From Candidatus Scatomorpha stercorigallinarum (GTDB lineage: Bacteria; Bacillota; Clostridia; Oscillospirales; Oscillospiraceae), in contig CALXGN010000006.1 in the NCBI GenBank assembly GCA_944387865.1, positions 11,355 through 75,354 of the forward strand: DNA of 64,000 nucleotides, read 5' to 3'. Positions within the stretch are counted from its first letter, which is position 1, and every line of letters begins with the position of its first letter. The notes beneath the pieces are model-generated. The model worked only from the letters and a program-made list of their open reading frames with translations. It was not told the origin of the DNA and did no database searches. Made by a program: the position numbers and the translations under genes. This document shows positions 40,798 to 50,185 of this stretch, piece by piece.

Positions 40798-43700
40798 ATG
40801 AAATCGAGGATGAAAAAGCTCCTGGCCGCGGCGCTGGCGCTCTGCCTGATAGCCGCAATGGTCCCGGGTGCAGCATTGGCGGCGGATACGGGGACGGGAG
40901 TAGCCTCTACTACTGACCCAGAAGACGTCACGAAAACGAAATATTATGAAACGTTAAGTGCAGCATTTATTGCACTTTCAGATGCAAGAATAACGGACAA
41001 AACGGTCACCGTCACGGCCAACTGCTCCGTTAATGGAACTTTGACGGTTGCCACCGGCCAGAGGCTTGTTGTCCCCACCGGCCTTACTTTGACTGTCGCT
41101 AATGGCGACCATCTCACGATTGCCGGCAAAGCCAACTTCTCCGGTAATGTCACCGTCGAGGCGGGCGGCGAGCTCATCTTTGACACCAGCAGCACTGTTA
41201 CCGTCAGCGGCAGAATCACGGTTGGCGGCTCGGAGTACCGCACCGGCGGCAAGCTGACTGCAAAAACCACCTTTGGTTGCAGCGGCAGCCTTGTTGTGAA
41301 CGGCGCTGCAACCGTTAAAGGCGGCCAGCAGCTTGGCGCAGTGACGGTCGGCAATGGCGGCAAGCTGTACACTGAGGGCGAGCTTGTGATAACGGGCGCC
41401 TCCACTGTTAACGGCGAACTCAAAGTTGACGACAAGCTCCTCGTTTCCGGCAGCGGCAGCCTGACTGTGAGCGGTGAGGCTACGGTCATAAACGAACTCC
41501 AGGTCGAGTCGGGAGCAAGCGTCAACGTCACCGGCACGCTTGCGTCTGGCAGCACAGACGTGAACGGCTCCCTTACCGCCGGTGATGGCTATGAATCGAC
41601 TGGCGATACCGACATCCACGGCAGCTTCACTTTCAACGGCTCCAGCATTGGCTACACTGTCAATGTTGAAGGCGATATGGATATCACCAGCAATGTCGCA
41701 CTTGGCGACCATGGTAAGCTCAACATCGAAAATGGCGGCAGCCTGACAGTCGCGGGCAAACTTGATGAGAGTAGTGGCAAACTGGCTGTTAGCGCGGGCG
41801 CTACTGCAACCATTGAGGGCAGCCTTGTGGTGAAGAGCAATCATAATCCAGATGCAGGAACCATTCGCTTTGAGGCTGGTTCCGAGTACAGCAAGGGCAG
41901 CGACCTCATCATTGGCGCGAACCGCATGGACGTTGAGAGCGGCAGCGTTTCTCTCACCAACGGAGAATATACCGTCAATTCCGGCTCCGTTGCCTCCATC
42001 AACGGCCCAAGGACTGCCAACAGCACGAGTACATATAAAATGGCCGAGAAGATCACGGTCAATGGTACGTTGAATATTTCCTATCCTACCGAGTTCAATG
42101 ATGAGCTGGGTATTGGATCCAGCGGCAAGGTCGTCGTAGAAAACGGCATCTGGATGTCTATTGAGAACAACTCCCGTATAACCGGTAGCGGCGACGTTCA
42201 GGTCAATTATCTGTTCTATTACCGTTCCAAGCAGGATGCGGATTCCGCAATCGATATAACGCTTGGCAGCAACGGTTCGGTCTACTGCAACAATCAGTTC
42301 CTGAACGACAATATTACCAACGGCACTGCTGCCAATAACACCATGGCCCCGGATAAAAACACTTATTCTTACTACTGGACATACAGCCGCGGACGCACTT
42401 TCAACATCACCCCGAGCGTCGGCAACAACGGCGAGGCCAACATCCCGACCTCTTCCCCCGAGAACGAGACCGTTACCTTCAACGCCAGCCCGGACGACGG
42501 CTATATGGTCGATCCAGCCAATACCTACTATACGGTAGGAACCGACGATGAACATGTTCGTATTGCGGTAGTGGGCAATGAATGCTCCTTCGTGATGCCG
42601 AGCAATAACGTCACTGTTCATGTTGGCTTCAAAAAGGCCGAGAACAGCTCCACCACCACTGAGGGCAACATCACGGTCGTCACCAACCACAACGGCAACG
42701 GCACTGTGAACGCCAGCATCAACGGGCGTGTCGTCACCGTCACCGTCCGCGCGAACACCAATTACGTCATCAACACCGTCAGCATCGCCGGCAGGGGCCA
42801 GACCGTCGCCACCGACGCCAAGAGCGGCACCTACAGCTACACCGTACCCGGCACTGGCAACGCCACCGTCGAGGTCTATGTCACCTTCAAGAGCGACGAC
42901 TTCGAGGTCACCCTCACCAACTACACCTATGACGACGGGCGCATCAGCCTGAGCACCGGCACGACCACCACCGGCCGCTATGCCGAGGGCAAGCGCGTTT
43001 ACATCTACGCTTACCCCGACAGGGACTTCTACGTCCGCAGCCTGACCATCACCCGCACCGATAACGGTCAGACCGTGAACTACTACGAGAGCAGTTCCAG
43101 CGACGACGTGTTCTACTTCGACATGCCGGCCAGCGACGTCACCGTCAGGGCCTACTTCACCGACGGCGTCTATGAGATCGCCACCGACATCGACGGCAGC
43201 GGCCGCCTGACCATCACCGGCGAGGACGGCAACACCACCGACGTCGCCGAAGAGGGCGAGGAGATCCGCATCACCGCCAGCCCCAGCAACAACTACCGCC
43301 TGGGCGACCTCTATGTCACCTACACCGACTCCGACGACGAGGACCAGGTCATCTACCCCGAGGTCGAGTATAAGAACAACGGCAACGTCGATTACTACTG
43401 GTTCGAGATGCCCGAGTACGACGTGGAGATCTACGCCGACTTCGGCGAGGGCGATTACGTCGCCTGGATCGACCGCAGCGACATGAAGAATGGCACCATC
43501 CGCGTCAGCCCCAACGTGGCCGACGAGGACGACACCGTCAGCATTTACGTCACGCCCGACACGGGCTATCAGCTGGACGAGCTCATCGTTGAGGACGAGG
43601 ACGGCCACGACGTGACCACCACTTCCCTCGCCAGCGGCACGCGCTACACCTTCCGTATGCCGGACAGCGACGTGACGGTCACCGCCACCTTCAAGTCCCG

Positions 43701-44259
43701 CAGCTACAGCAGCAACTTCACCGACGTGCCGCGCTATGAGTGGTACTACGAGGCTGTGTCCTACGTGGCCAGCGAGGGCCTGATGAACGGCGTGAGCACC
43801 ACGCAGTTCAACCCGAACGGCACCGCCAGCCGCGCGCAGATCGTCACCATCCTGTGGCGTCTGGCCGGCGAGCCCAGCGCCCTCACCGGCGCGTTCACGG
43901 ACGTGCCCGCGGGGCAGTACTACTCCACCGCCGTGGCCTGGGCCTCCCGCCAGGGCATCGTCACCGGCGTGGGCAACAACCGCTTTGAGCCAAACAGCAA
44001 CATCACCCGCGAGCAGCTGGCCGTGATACTTTACCGCTACGCGCAGGACGCCGGCTACACCACCAGCGCCAGCGCCAACATCACGGGCTATTATGACTAC
44101 GCGCGCGTGAATTCCTACGCCCGCACGGCTATGAGCTGGGCGGTCGGCGCCGGCCTCATCACCGGCACCAGCACCACCACACTCAGCCCGCAGGACACCG
44201 CCACCCGCGCCCAGGTGGCCACCATACTGATGCGCTTCTGCGAGAACATCGCGAAGTAA
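40798..44259 (+). CDS. Large cell-surface protein: signal peptide, beta-helix-like N-terminal region, five InlB-B-repeat-like modules, three SLH domains
   Basis: Signal peptide MKSRMKKLLAAALALCLIAAMVPGAALA. Repeated G-x-L-x-V-x-G strands. About 85-aa modules end in MP(x)SDVTV..F. The C-terminal part holds 3 SLH repeats (FTDVP...). Confidence 0.85.
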   Translation: MKSRMKKLLAAALALCLIAAMVPGAALAADTGTGVASTTDPEDVTKTKYYETLSAAFIALSDARITDKTVTVTANCSVNGTLTVATGQRLVVPTGLTLTVANGDHLTIAGKANFSGNVTVEAGGELIFDTSSTVTVSGRITVGGSEYRTGGKLTAKTTFGCSGSLVVNGAATVKGGQQLGAVTVGNGGKLYTEGELVITGASTVNGELKVDDKLLVSGSGSLTVSGEATVINELQVESGASVNVTGTLASGSTDVNGSLTAGDGYESTGDTDIHGSFTFNGSSIGYTVNVEGDMDITSNVALGDHGKLNIENGGSLTVAGKLDESSGKLAVSAGATATIEGSLVVKSNHNPDAGTIRFEAGSEYSKGSDLIIGANRMDVESGSVSLTNGEYTVNSGSVASINGPRTANSTSTYKMAEKITVNGTLNISYPTEFNDELGIGSSGKVVVENGIWMSIENNSRITGSGDVQVNYLFYYRSKQDADSAIDITLGSNGSVYCNNQFLNDNITNGTAANNTMAPDKNTYSYYWTYSRGRTFNITPSVGNNGEANIPTSSPENETVTFNASPDDGYMVDPANTYYTVGTDDEHVRIAVVGNECSFVMPSNNVTVHVGFKKAENSSTTTEGNITVVTNHNGNGTVNASINGRVVTVTVRANTNYVINTVSIAGRGQTVATDAKSGTYSYTVPGTGNATVEVYVTFKSDDFEVTLTNYTYDDGRISLSTGTTTTGRYAEGKRVYIYAYPDRDFYVRSLTITRTDNGQTVNYYESSSSDDVFYFDMPASDVTVRAYFTDGVYEIATDIDGSGRLTITGEDGNTTDVAEEGEEIRITASPSNNYRLGDLYVTYTDSDDEDQVIYPEVEYKNNGNVDYYWFEMPEYDVEIYADFGEGDYVAWIDRSDMKNGTIRVSPNVADEDDTVSIYVTPDTGYQLDELIVEDEDGHDVTTTSLASGTRYTFRMPDSDVTVTATFKSRSYSSNFTDVPRYEWYYEAVSYVASEGLMNGVSTTQFNPNGTASRAQIVTILWRLAGEPSALTGAFTDVPAGQYYSTAVAWASRQGIVTGVGNNRFEPNSNITREQLAVILYRYAQDAGYTTSASANITGYYDYARVNSYARTAMSWAVGAGLITGTSTTTLSPQDTATRAQVATILMRFCENIAK

Positions 44260-44274
44260 GCTGAAGGCAAAAAA

Positions 44275-44306
44275 CGCCGCCCCCTCGCAGGAGGGGGCGG
44301 TTTTTT
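44275..44306. terminator. Bidirectional Rho-independent terminator
   Basis: cgccgccccctc-gcag-gagggggcgg flanked by aaaaaa and tttttt. Confidence 0.6.
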
Positions 44307-44314
44307 GCGCCGTT

Positions 44315-44584
44315 TTATTTCGTTTCCCGCTTGCGGCGGCGGACGGCGTCGGAGAGCAGGTATTCTATCTGCCCGTTGATGGAGCGGAAATCCTCCTCCG
44401 CCCAGGCGGCGATCTCGTCCCAGAGCGAGGGCGAGAGGCGGAGCAGGAGCTGCTTTTTTGCGCCCTCCTTGGCCTTTAGCGCCTTTTCGCGCTGCTTGAC
44501 CTCCTGCTCGAGGGCAGCGATGCGCGCGAGGCGCGCTTCCAGCTGCGCCTCGCGCTCTTCCGGGCTCATTTTGCGCTCCGCCAT
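44315..44584 (-). CDS. Ribbon-helix-helix (Arc/CopG-like) protein with N-terminal coiled coil
   Basis: C-terminal [34 protein letters not shown] fits a strand-helix-helix pattern. The start overlaps the SPFH stop. Confidence 0.55.
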   Translation of the reverse strand: MAERKMSPEEREAQLEARLARIAALEQEVKQREKALKAKEGAKKQLLLRLSPSLWDEIAAWAEEDFRSINGQIEYLLSDAVRRRKRETK

Positions 44585-45606
44585 CAGTACAACGACCCGC
44601 TGTTGACCACGGGCTGCGCGTCGTGGTTGCCGCAGAGCACGACGAGCAGGTTGGAGACCATGGCCGCTTTGCGCTCCTCGTCCAGGAGCACGATCTCATC
44701 CTGGCCCAGGCGGTCGATGGCCATTTTCACCATGCCCACGGCGCCGTCCACGATCTTCTGCCGCGCGGCGATGATGGCCGCAGCCTGCTGCCGCTGGAGC
44801 ATGGCCGCCGCGATCTCCTCGGCGTAGGCGAGGTGGGTGATGCGCACTTCCTCGACCACGATGCCGGCCACCTCAACGCGCTTTTGCAGCTCGCTCTTCA
44901 TGCTGCCGGCGATTTCCTGGCTGGAGCCGCGCAGGGTCTTTTCCCCGGCGGAGTCGGCGTCCTCATCGTCCATGATGTCGTAGGGATAGAGGCGCGCCAC
45001 GTTGCGCACGGTGGAATCCGTCTGGTTGGAGAGGAAGGAGGGGTAGTCCTCCACGTTGAACACGGCCTTGGTGGGGTCGGCCACGCGCCAGATGACCACC
45101 GCGCCGATGATGATGGGGTTGCCCAGCACGTCGTTGACTTTCTGCCGGCCGTTGTCCAGCGTCATCGTCTTGAGGGAGATGCGCTGGCGGGTGGTTATGA
45201 TCTGCGTGGTGGAGCTGGGGTTGCCGCCAACTTCCTTTTCCTTTTTGGCCTTCTCGGCTGCCGCCTTGTCATAGGCCGGGCAGACGGAGGCACAGAAGGG
45301 GTTTACGAAGTAGTAGCCCGCCTTGCTGATGGTGCCGTGGTATTCGCCGAACAGCGTCAGCACCAGCGCTTCGTTGGGCCGCACGGCCTTCAAGCCCGCC
45401 AGGACGATAAAAAAGGCCACGAACATGGCGATGCCGAGCACGAGCAGCACCACGGCCGGGAAGGTGACTTCGTTCTCAAACAGCGCGACGGAAAGCACCA
45501 TCATCAGGATGCTGACGATGAGCATGGCGAGGTCGAGCAGCAGCACGGGGATGCCCTTGTGCGGCGACAGCTCCCGCGCGGCGACTTCGGTGCGTTCTTC
45601 ATTCAT
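44584..45606 (-). CDS. SPFH/Band-7 (stomatin/prohibitin/flotillin-like) membrane protein
   Basis: Two N-terminal TM helices, then an SPFH core and a C-terminal [25 protein letters not shown] helix. Confidence 0.85.
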   Translation of the reverse strand: MNEERTEVAARELSPHKGIPVLLLDLAMLIVSILMMVLSVALFENEVTFPAVVLLVLGIAMFVAFFIVLAGLKAVRPNEALVLTLFGEYHGTISKAGYYFVNPFCASVCPAYDKAAAEKAKKEKEVGGNPSSTTQIITTRQRISLKTMTLDNGRQKVNDVLGNPIIIGAVVIWRVADPTKAVFNVEDYPSFLSNQTDSTVRNVARLYPYDIMDDEDADSAGEKTLRGSSQEIAGSMKSELQKRVEVAGIVVEEVRITHLAYAEEIAAAMLQRQQAAAIIAARQKIVDGAVGMVKMAIDRLGQDEIVLLDEERKAAMVSNLLVVLCGNHDAQPVVNSGSLY

Positions 45607-45620
45607 AGGTCTGGCCTCCC

Positions 45621-45671
45621 TGATATTGATTTGATATCACATATATATCATACCACGGGCGGCCCTGTCAA
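45621..45671 (-). promoter_or_regulatory. Promoter plus inverted repeat upstream of the SPFH/RHH operon
   Basis: Minus strand TTGACA (45671-45666), 18-nt spacer, TATATA with TGa extension. The inverted repeat TGATAT-N7-ATATCA (45621-45639) lies just downstream. Confidence 0.4.
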
Positions 45672-45683
45672 TACCCGGATGCA

Positions 45684-45710
45684 AAAAAACGCCCCGCTCG
45701 CAAGCGGGGC
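45684..45710 (-). terminator. Rho-independent terminator after the Cys-rich protein gene
   Basis: gccccgc-ttgcga-gcggggc followed by ttttttt on the minus strand. Confidence 0.55.
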
Positions 45711-45718
45711 GCTGTCGC

Positions 45719-46531
45719 TCAGGAGGCGGAAGTGGAGGACGACGAGGCGGCCGTGCTGTCGGCCAGGTCGCTGCTGTCGGGCGGGAAGAACTCCTCGATG
45801 GGGAAGCGTATCTGCGAGAAAACGGTGCAGGGATCGTCCTGCGTGGAGCACTGGCAGTCCTTTTCCGGCACGCAGTAGTCGTAGGCCGGGATGAGGAGCT
45901 GGGTGTCGCGCTCCAGGCGGATGATGGAGAACTGGCCGAGCGTGACGTAGAGCCTGCGCCCGGTGTCGGAGGTGACGAGCGCCTCGCCGAAGCGGGCGGT
46001 GATGTCCGCCGGTATCTCGCGCCCTTCGCCGCAGGGGCAGACGCAGCAGTCGGAGGGGTCCACCAGCTTCAGGTGCAGCGCGATGGGATCCACCGACTCG
46101 ACCACCGCCGTGGGCAGGCCGTCGGCCTCGCAGCCGTAGTCGCAGGGGTCGGAGTTGAAAGTCTTTACGCCCGCGCCGGAGCCGTAAAGCATCACGCGCT
46201 TGTCGAAGATGGCGAGGCCGGTGATGGGGTTGGCGCCGGGGAAGGTCTCGCCGTTTATCTTGTAGAAATAGGTCACGTCCACGGTGTAATAGCCCTTGTT
46301 GAAGGTGATGGGCTCCACGCTGACCTCCACGTAGAGCAGCTCCGCGGACTTGGGCCGCACGCTGAAGGCCGCGTCTATGTAGGCCTGCGAGCCGACCGTG
46401 GGATAGACCCGGAGGTCCTCGATGCAGTCTTTATCCCTGCACGAATCAAAGATCTTCTTCGTGTGGATGCAGACGGCCTCCCGGATGCAGGCCGTGCCGT
46501 CCACCGGGCCGGGCAAAACCCTGTCTGCCAT
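45719..46531 (-). CDS. Cysteine-rich hypothetical protein (270 aa)
   Basis: Normal codon bias. 19 Cys residues, including CIREAVCIHTKKIFDSCRDKDC and DCCVCPCG, and a Ser-rich tail. I recognise no family. Confidence 0.6.
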   Translation of the reverse strand: MADRVLPGPVDGTACIREAVCIHTKKIFDSCRDKDCIEDLRVYPTVGSQAYIDAAFSVRPKSAELLYVEVSVEPITFNKGYYTVDVTYFYKINGETFPGANPITGLAIFDKRVMLYGSGAGVKTFNSDPCDYGCEADGLPTAVVESVDPIALHLKLVDPSDCCVCPCGEGREIPADITARFGEALVTSDTGRRLYVTLGQFSIIRLERDTQLLIPAYDYCVPEKDCQCSTQDDPCTVFSQIRFPIEEFFPPDSSDLADSTAASSSSTSAS

Positions 46532-46682
46532 GTTGTTTCCTCCTCATGGATGATTTGAAGGCGTACTTCAGTATCAGTGTATGCGCAGCGGCACGGCATG
46601 TGCCACGGCGCGCGAAAGTTTGGGCTGTACCGGCGGGGAAAACTGTGCTATACTATGCGCAGAAATGCAAGGAGGGCCGGAA

Positions 46683-47204
46683 ATGGACAGCTTTGGCTTC
46701 ATCCACGGCGAGCTGGATATCAAGATACTCATACTCTATGTCCTCCGCCGCCTGCCCGCGCCGGTCGATGGGCAGACGCTCTATGAGCTCTGCTGCGTGG
46801 ACACGGGCGTGGGCTGGTTCGACTACAGCGACTGCCTGGCGGACCTGGCCGAGCGCGGCCTGGTGGAGGAGCTCAGCGGCGAGCGCTACATCATCACGGA
46901 CAAGGGCCGCACCCACGGCGAGGTGGCGGAGACCAGCCTGCCATATTCCGTGCGCGCCAAGGCCGCGCGGCTGATACGCCCGGTGGCGGAAAAGCTGGCG
47001 CGCGAGGCGATGATCGGCGCCGCGCACGAGGAGACGGACGGCGGCGTCATCGTCAGCCTCTCGCTGGCGGACGGCAAGGGCGAGCTGCTCTCGCTGCGGC
47101 TGCTGGTGCCGGACGGCGACATCGCCGAGGGCATGGAAAAGGCCTTCCGCCGGGACGCGGAGGGCATATACCAGCAGATCATCGAGCTGTTCACGGGCCG
47201 ATAA
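46683..47204 (+). CDS. DUF4364-family winged-helix protein
   Basis: MDSFGFIHGELDIKILILYVLRRLPAPV N-terminus typical of DUF4364. SD AAGGAGG; start trimmed from the 46581 ORF. Confidence 0.65.
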   Translation: MDSFGFIHGELDIKILILYVLRRLPAPVDGQTLYELCCVDTGVGWFDYSDCLADLAERGLVEELSGERYIITDKGRTHGEVAETSLPYSVRAKAARLIRPVAEKLAREAMIGAAHEETDGGVIVSLSLADGKGELLSLRLLVPDGDIAEGMEKAFRRDAEGIYQQIIELFTGR

Positions 47205-47227
47205 AGATAAAAGGAAGGTCGATCGAC

Positions 47228-48241
47228 ATGCACACTTACATCCCCGAGGGCTATAAGAGCCTGCTTTCCGTATACGACACCCAGAAGGCCATCGGCCTCA
47301 TGAAGCGCCTTTTTGAGGACACCTTCGCCCCGGCGCTGAACCTCTTCCGCGTTTCCGCCCCGCTGTTCGTGGACGGGGACAGCGGCCTCAACGACAACCT
47401 CAACGGCTATGAGCGGCCCGTCAGCTTTGACATCCTGCACACGGGCGCGCACGCGCAGGTGGTGCAGTCGCTGGCAAAGTGGAAGCGCCTGGCGCTCAAA
47501 CGCTATGATTTTTACCCCGGCAAGGGCATATATACGGACATGAACGCCATCCGCCGCGACGAGGACGAGCTGGACAACCTGCACTCTGTCTATGTGGACC
47601 AGTGGGACTGGGAAAAGGTGATACTGCCGGAGGAGCGCAAGCTGGACTTCCTCAAGAGCACCGTGCTCGACATCGTGGACGCCCTCTGCGACACGCAGGA
47701 GACGCTGACGGCCATCTACCCCGCGCTCTCCGCCGTGGACAGGATAAGCCGCGACGTGAGCTTCGTCACCGCCCAGGAGCTGGAGGACATGTGGCCGGAG
47801 CTGACGCCCAAGGAGCGCGAGAACCGCTATGTGAAGGTGCACCCGACGGCGTTCATCATTGGCATCGGCGCGCCGCTGCGCTCGGGCAGGCCGCACGACG
47901 GGCGCTCGCCGGACTATGACGACTGGACGCTGAACGGCGATATCCTGGTCTGGAACTCGCTGCTGGGCTGCGCTTTCGAGCTCTCCAGCATGGGCATCCG
48001 CGTGGACCCGGCGGCGCTCGACCGCCAGCTCGCCGCCGCCCACTGCGACGACCGGCGGGAGCTGATGTACCACAAGATGCTTTTGAACGGCGAGCTGCCG
48101 CAGACCATCGGCGGCGGCATCGGCCAGTCGCGACTCTCGATGCTGATGCTGGGCAAGGCGCACATCGGCGAGGTGCAGGCCTCCATCTGGGACGAGGAGA
48201 CGGTGGAGAAATGCCGCGAGGCCGGCGTCATGCTGCTGTAA
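47228..48241 (+). CDS. asnA: Aspartate--ammonia ligase (asparagine synthetase A)
   Basis: Full-length AsnA pattern (class II aaRS-like core, GGGIGQSRL motif). Confidence 0.9.
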   Translation: MHTYIPEGYKSLLSVYDTQKAIGLMKRLFEDTFAPALNLFRVSAPLFVDGDSGLNDNLNGYERPVSFDILHTGAHAQVVQSLAKWKRLALKRYDFYPGKGIYTDMNAIRRDEDELDNLHSVYVDQWDWEKVILPEERKLDFLKSTVLDIVDALCDTQETLTAIYPALSAVDRISRDVSFVTAQELEDMWPELTPKERENRYVKVHPTAFIIGIGAPLRSGRPHDGRSPDYDDWTLNGDILVWNSLLGCAFELSSMGIRVDPAALDRQLAAAHCDDRRELMYHKMLLNGELPQTIGGGIGQSRLSMLMLGKAHIGEVQASIWDEETVEKCREAGVMLL

Positions 48242-48266
48242 AGGGCGCTTTTATGCCGCGCCGGCG

Positions 48267-48299
48267 AGCAGGAAACCGTTTCGGTTTCCTGCTTTTTTT
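48267..48299 (+). terminator. Rho-independent terminator after asnA
   Basis: agcaggaaacc-gtttc-ggtttcctgct followed by tttttt. Confidence 0.6.
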
Positions 48300-48536
48300 A
48301 CCCGACGCCGGAAAAAGCGGCCACGCTCCCATACGCCGCCATGCCGTCTCTTTGGCCTGAAAACCGTCCGGAGCAGCGGGAAAGCTGTTTTCCGAATACG
48401 GACGGCATAGATCCCCGGGCTGCGCCCGGGGATATTTTCCGGAAAAAATTTTTATGTTTCGGGGAACCTTTTGCCTGTAGCGCAGTCATAAGCCCGCGGC
48501 TCTGCCGCGAATGTTAAGACATAGGAGAATGAAAAA

Positions 48537-49076
48537 ATGAAACGTACCATCGCTATCGCCCTTGCCGCCATGATGGCGCTCGCCCTCTTCGCCGCCTGCG
48601 GCTCCGAGCCCGCCGCCGAAGAGACCCAGACCCCCAGCGCCGCGCCCGAGCTGACCGCCGAAGAGCGCGCCGAGCTCTACGCCAACGCCATCACCTCCGC
48701 CCGCAGCGACGAGGATAACGAGGCCTACGGCGTGATGAAGACCGGCGACGAGATCGGCGAGATGTACTACCAGGTGCTGGGCTTCACCGCCGAGGACGCC
48801 GAGGCCATGGCCATGTCCGTGTCGCTCATCAACATCAAGGCTTACGGCATCGCCGTCGTGATGCCCGCCGAGGGCTGTGAGGAGACCGTCCGCAGCGGCC
48901 TGGAAAACTTCATCAGCAGCCAGCAGGCGAGCTTTGAGCACTATCTGGCCGACCAGTACGAGGTGGCCCTGAACGCCAAGCTGGAGACGCTCGACGACGG
49001 CACCATCGTGATGGTCATGTGCGAGGGCCAGGACGAGGTGTTCGACGCCATCGTGTCCGCCATCGAAGCTGCGTAA
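48537..49076 (+). CDS. DUF4358-family lipoprotein
   Basis: Lipobox LFAAC, with a mature-domain pattern resembling DUF4358. Confidence 0.65.
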   Translation: MKRTIAIALAAMMALALFAACGSEPAAEETQTPSAAPELTAEERAELYANAITSARSDEDNEAYGVMKTGDEIGEMYYQVLGFTAEDAEAMAMSVSLINIKAYGIAVVMPAEGCEETVRSGLENFISSQQASFEHYLADQYEVALNAKLETLDDGTIVMVMCEGQDEVFDAIVSAIEAA

Positions 49077-49135
49077 GCACTTGGCAAATCGCTCCGGCTG
49101 TGTTATCCTTTAGCAGGACATAAGGAGGTCGTAGC

Positions 49136-50065
49136 ATGGCCGGAGAGACAAAGAAATACAGCGGCGAGCCGCTGAAGCTGGAGATGCCGATGCGCATCCT
49201 GAAGGCGCTGCACAGCGCCACGGCTCCGGGGGACATGACGAGCGCCGAGCTGGAAAAGCAGCGGCGCAGCCAGGAGCTCCTCGGGCAGCTCGCCGCTCCC
49301 ATGGCAGGGCTCAGCTGGGAGGAGTTTTCCCTTTCCGGGATGAAGGCCGCCTGGATGCGCCTGGAGCGGCCGCACCGGCACGCGCGCTGCGTGCTCTACT
49401 GCCACGGCGGCGGCTACACCAGCGGCAACCTCGGCTATTCGCGCGTCCTGGCCTCCAAGCTCGTGCGCTCCACGGGCCTGGACACGCTGAGCTTTGAATA
49501 CCGCCTGGCGCCCGAGCACCCCTATCCGGCCGCGCTGGAGGACGCCTTCCGCGCCTGGGACCACCTGATGTACCTCGGCTACGGGGCAAAGGACGTGGTG
49601 CTGGCGGGGGACTCCGCCGGCGGGAACATGGCGCTGGTGCTCTGCCTGGCGCTGCGCCGCGCGGGGAGGATGCTGCCCGGCGCGCTGCTGCTGATGTCCC
49701 CCTGGACGGACATGACGGCCTCGGGCGCTTCCTACAGCGAACGCGCGGAGGCCGACCCCATCCTGACGAACGAGTATATACAAGCCGTGCGCGAGGCCTA
49801 CGCGCCCGGCGCGGACTATTCACGGCCGGAATTCTCGCCGCTCTTCGGCGATTTTTCCGCCTTCCCGCCCGCGCTCATCCAGGTGGGCACGCACGAGATA
49901 CTGTACTCGGACTCCGAACGCCTGGCGGAGCGCATGAAGGCGGCCGGCTGCTACTGCCGGCTGGAGGTGTGGGAGAACATGTGGCACGTTTTCCAGATGG
50001 CCCCCGCGAAGAAGTCCGCCGCGGCCATGGAGAGCATGGCGCACTTCCTGCTCGAGGTGCTCTGA
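49136..50065 (+). CDS. Alpha/beta hydrolase (esterase/lipase, HSL-like)
   Basis: HGGGY oxyanion motif and GDSAGGN nucleophile elbow. Confidence 0.8.
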   Translation: MAGETKKYSGEPLKLEMPMRILKALHSATAPGDMTSAELEKQRRSQELLGQLAAPMAGLSWEEFSLSGMKAAWMRLERPHRHARCVLYCHGGGYTSGNLGYSRVLASKLVRSTGLDTLSFEYRLAPEHPYPAALEDAFRAWDHLMYLGYGAKDVVLAGDSAGGNMALVLCLALRRAGRMLPGALLLMSPWTDMTASGASYSERAEADPILTNEYIQAVREAYAPGADYSRPEFSPLFGDFSAFPPALIQVGTHEILYSDSERLAERMKAAGCYCRLEVWENMWHVFQMAPAKKSAAAMESMAHFLLEVL

Positions 50066-50185
50066 TACCCCCGGTGTAGTACGGAAATAATTTTAGAAAT
50101 TTTGCGGAATTTTCCTTTTCCCGGGCTTTCTTGATGCAACTTTGATGCAATCGTGGTATATTATCAGCGATGGGGGGTGTGTACC

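Noticed and set aside
40978-43608. 876-aa minus-strand ORF inside the SLH surface protein gene
   Set aside because: It is antisense to a gene with a signal peptide, repeat modules and SLH domains. Its product is low-complexity (A, V, G, D) with no start context.
48300-48536. Long GC-rich intergenic region before the DUF4358 lipoprotein, with nested pairings (atgccgtc...gacggcat; gatccccggg...cccggggat), considered as a riboswitch
   Set aside because: I recognise no conserved riboswitch core, and there is no clear terminator/anti-terminator pair. A covariance-model scan is needed before any claim.
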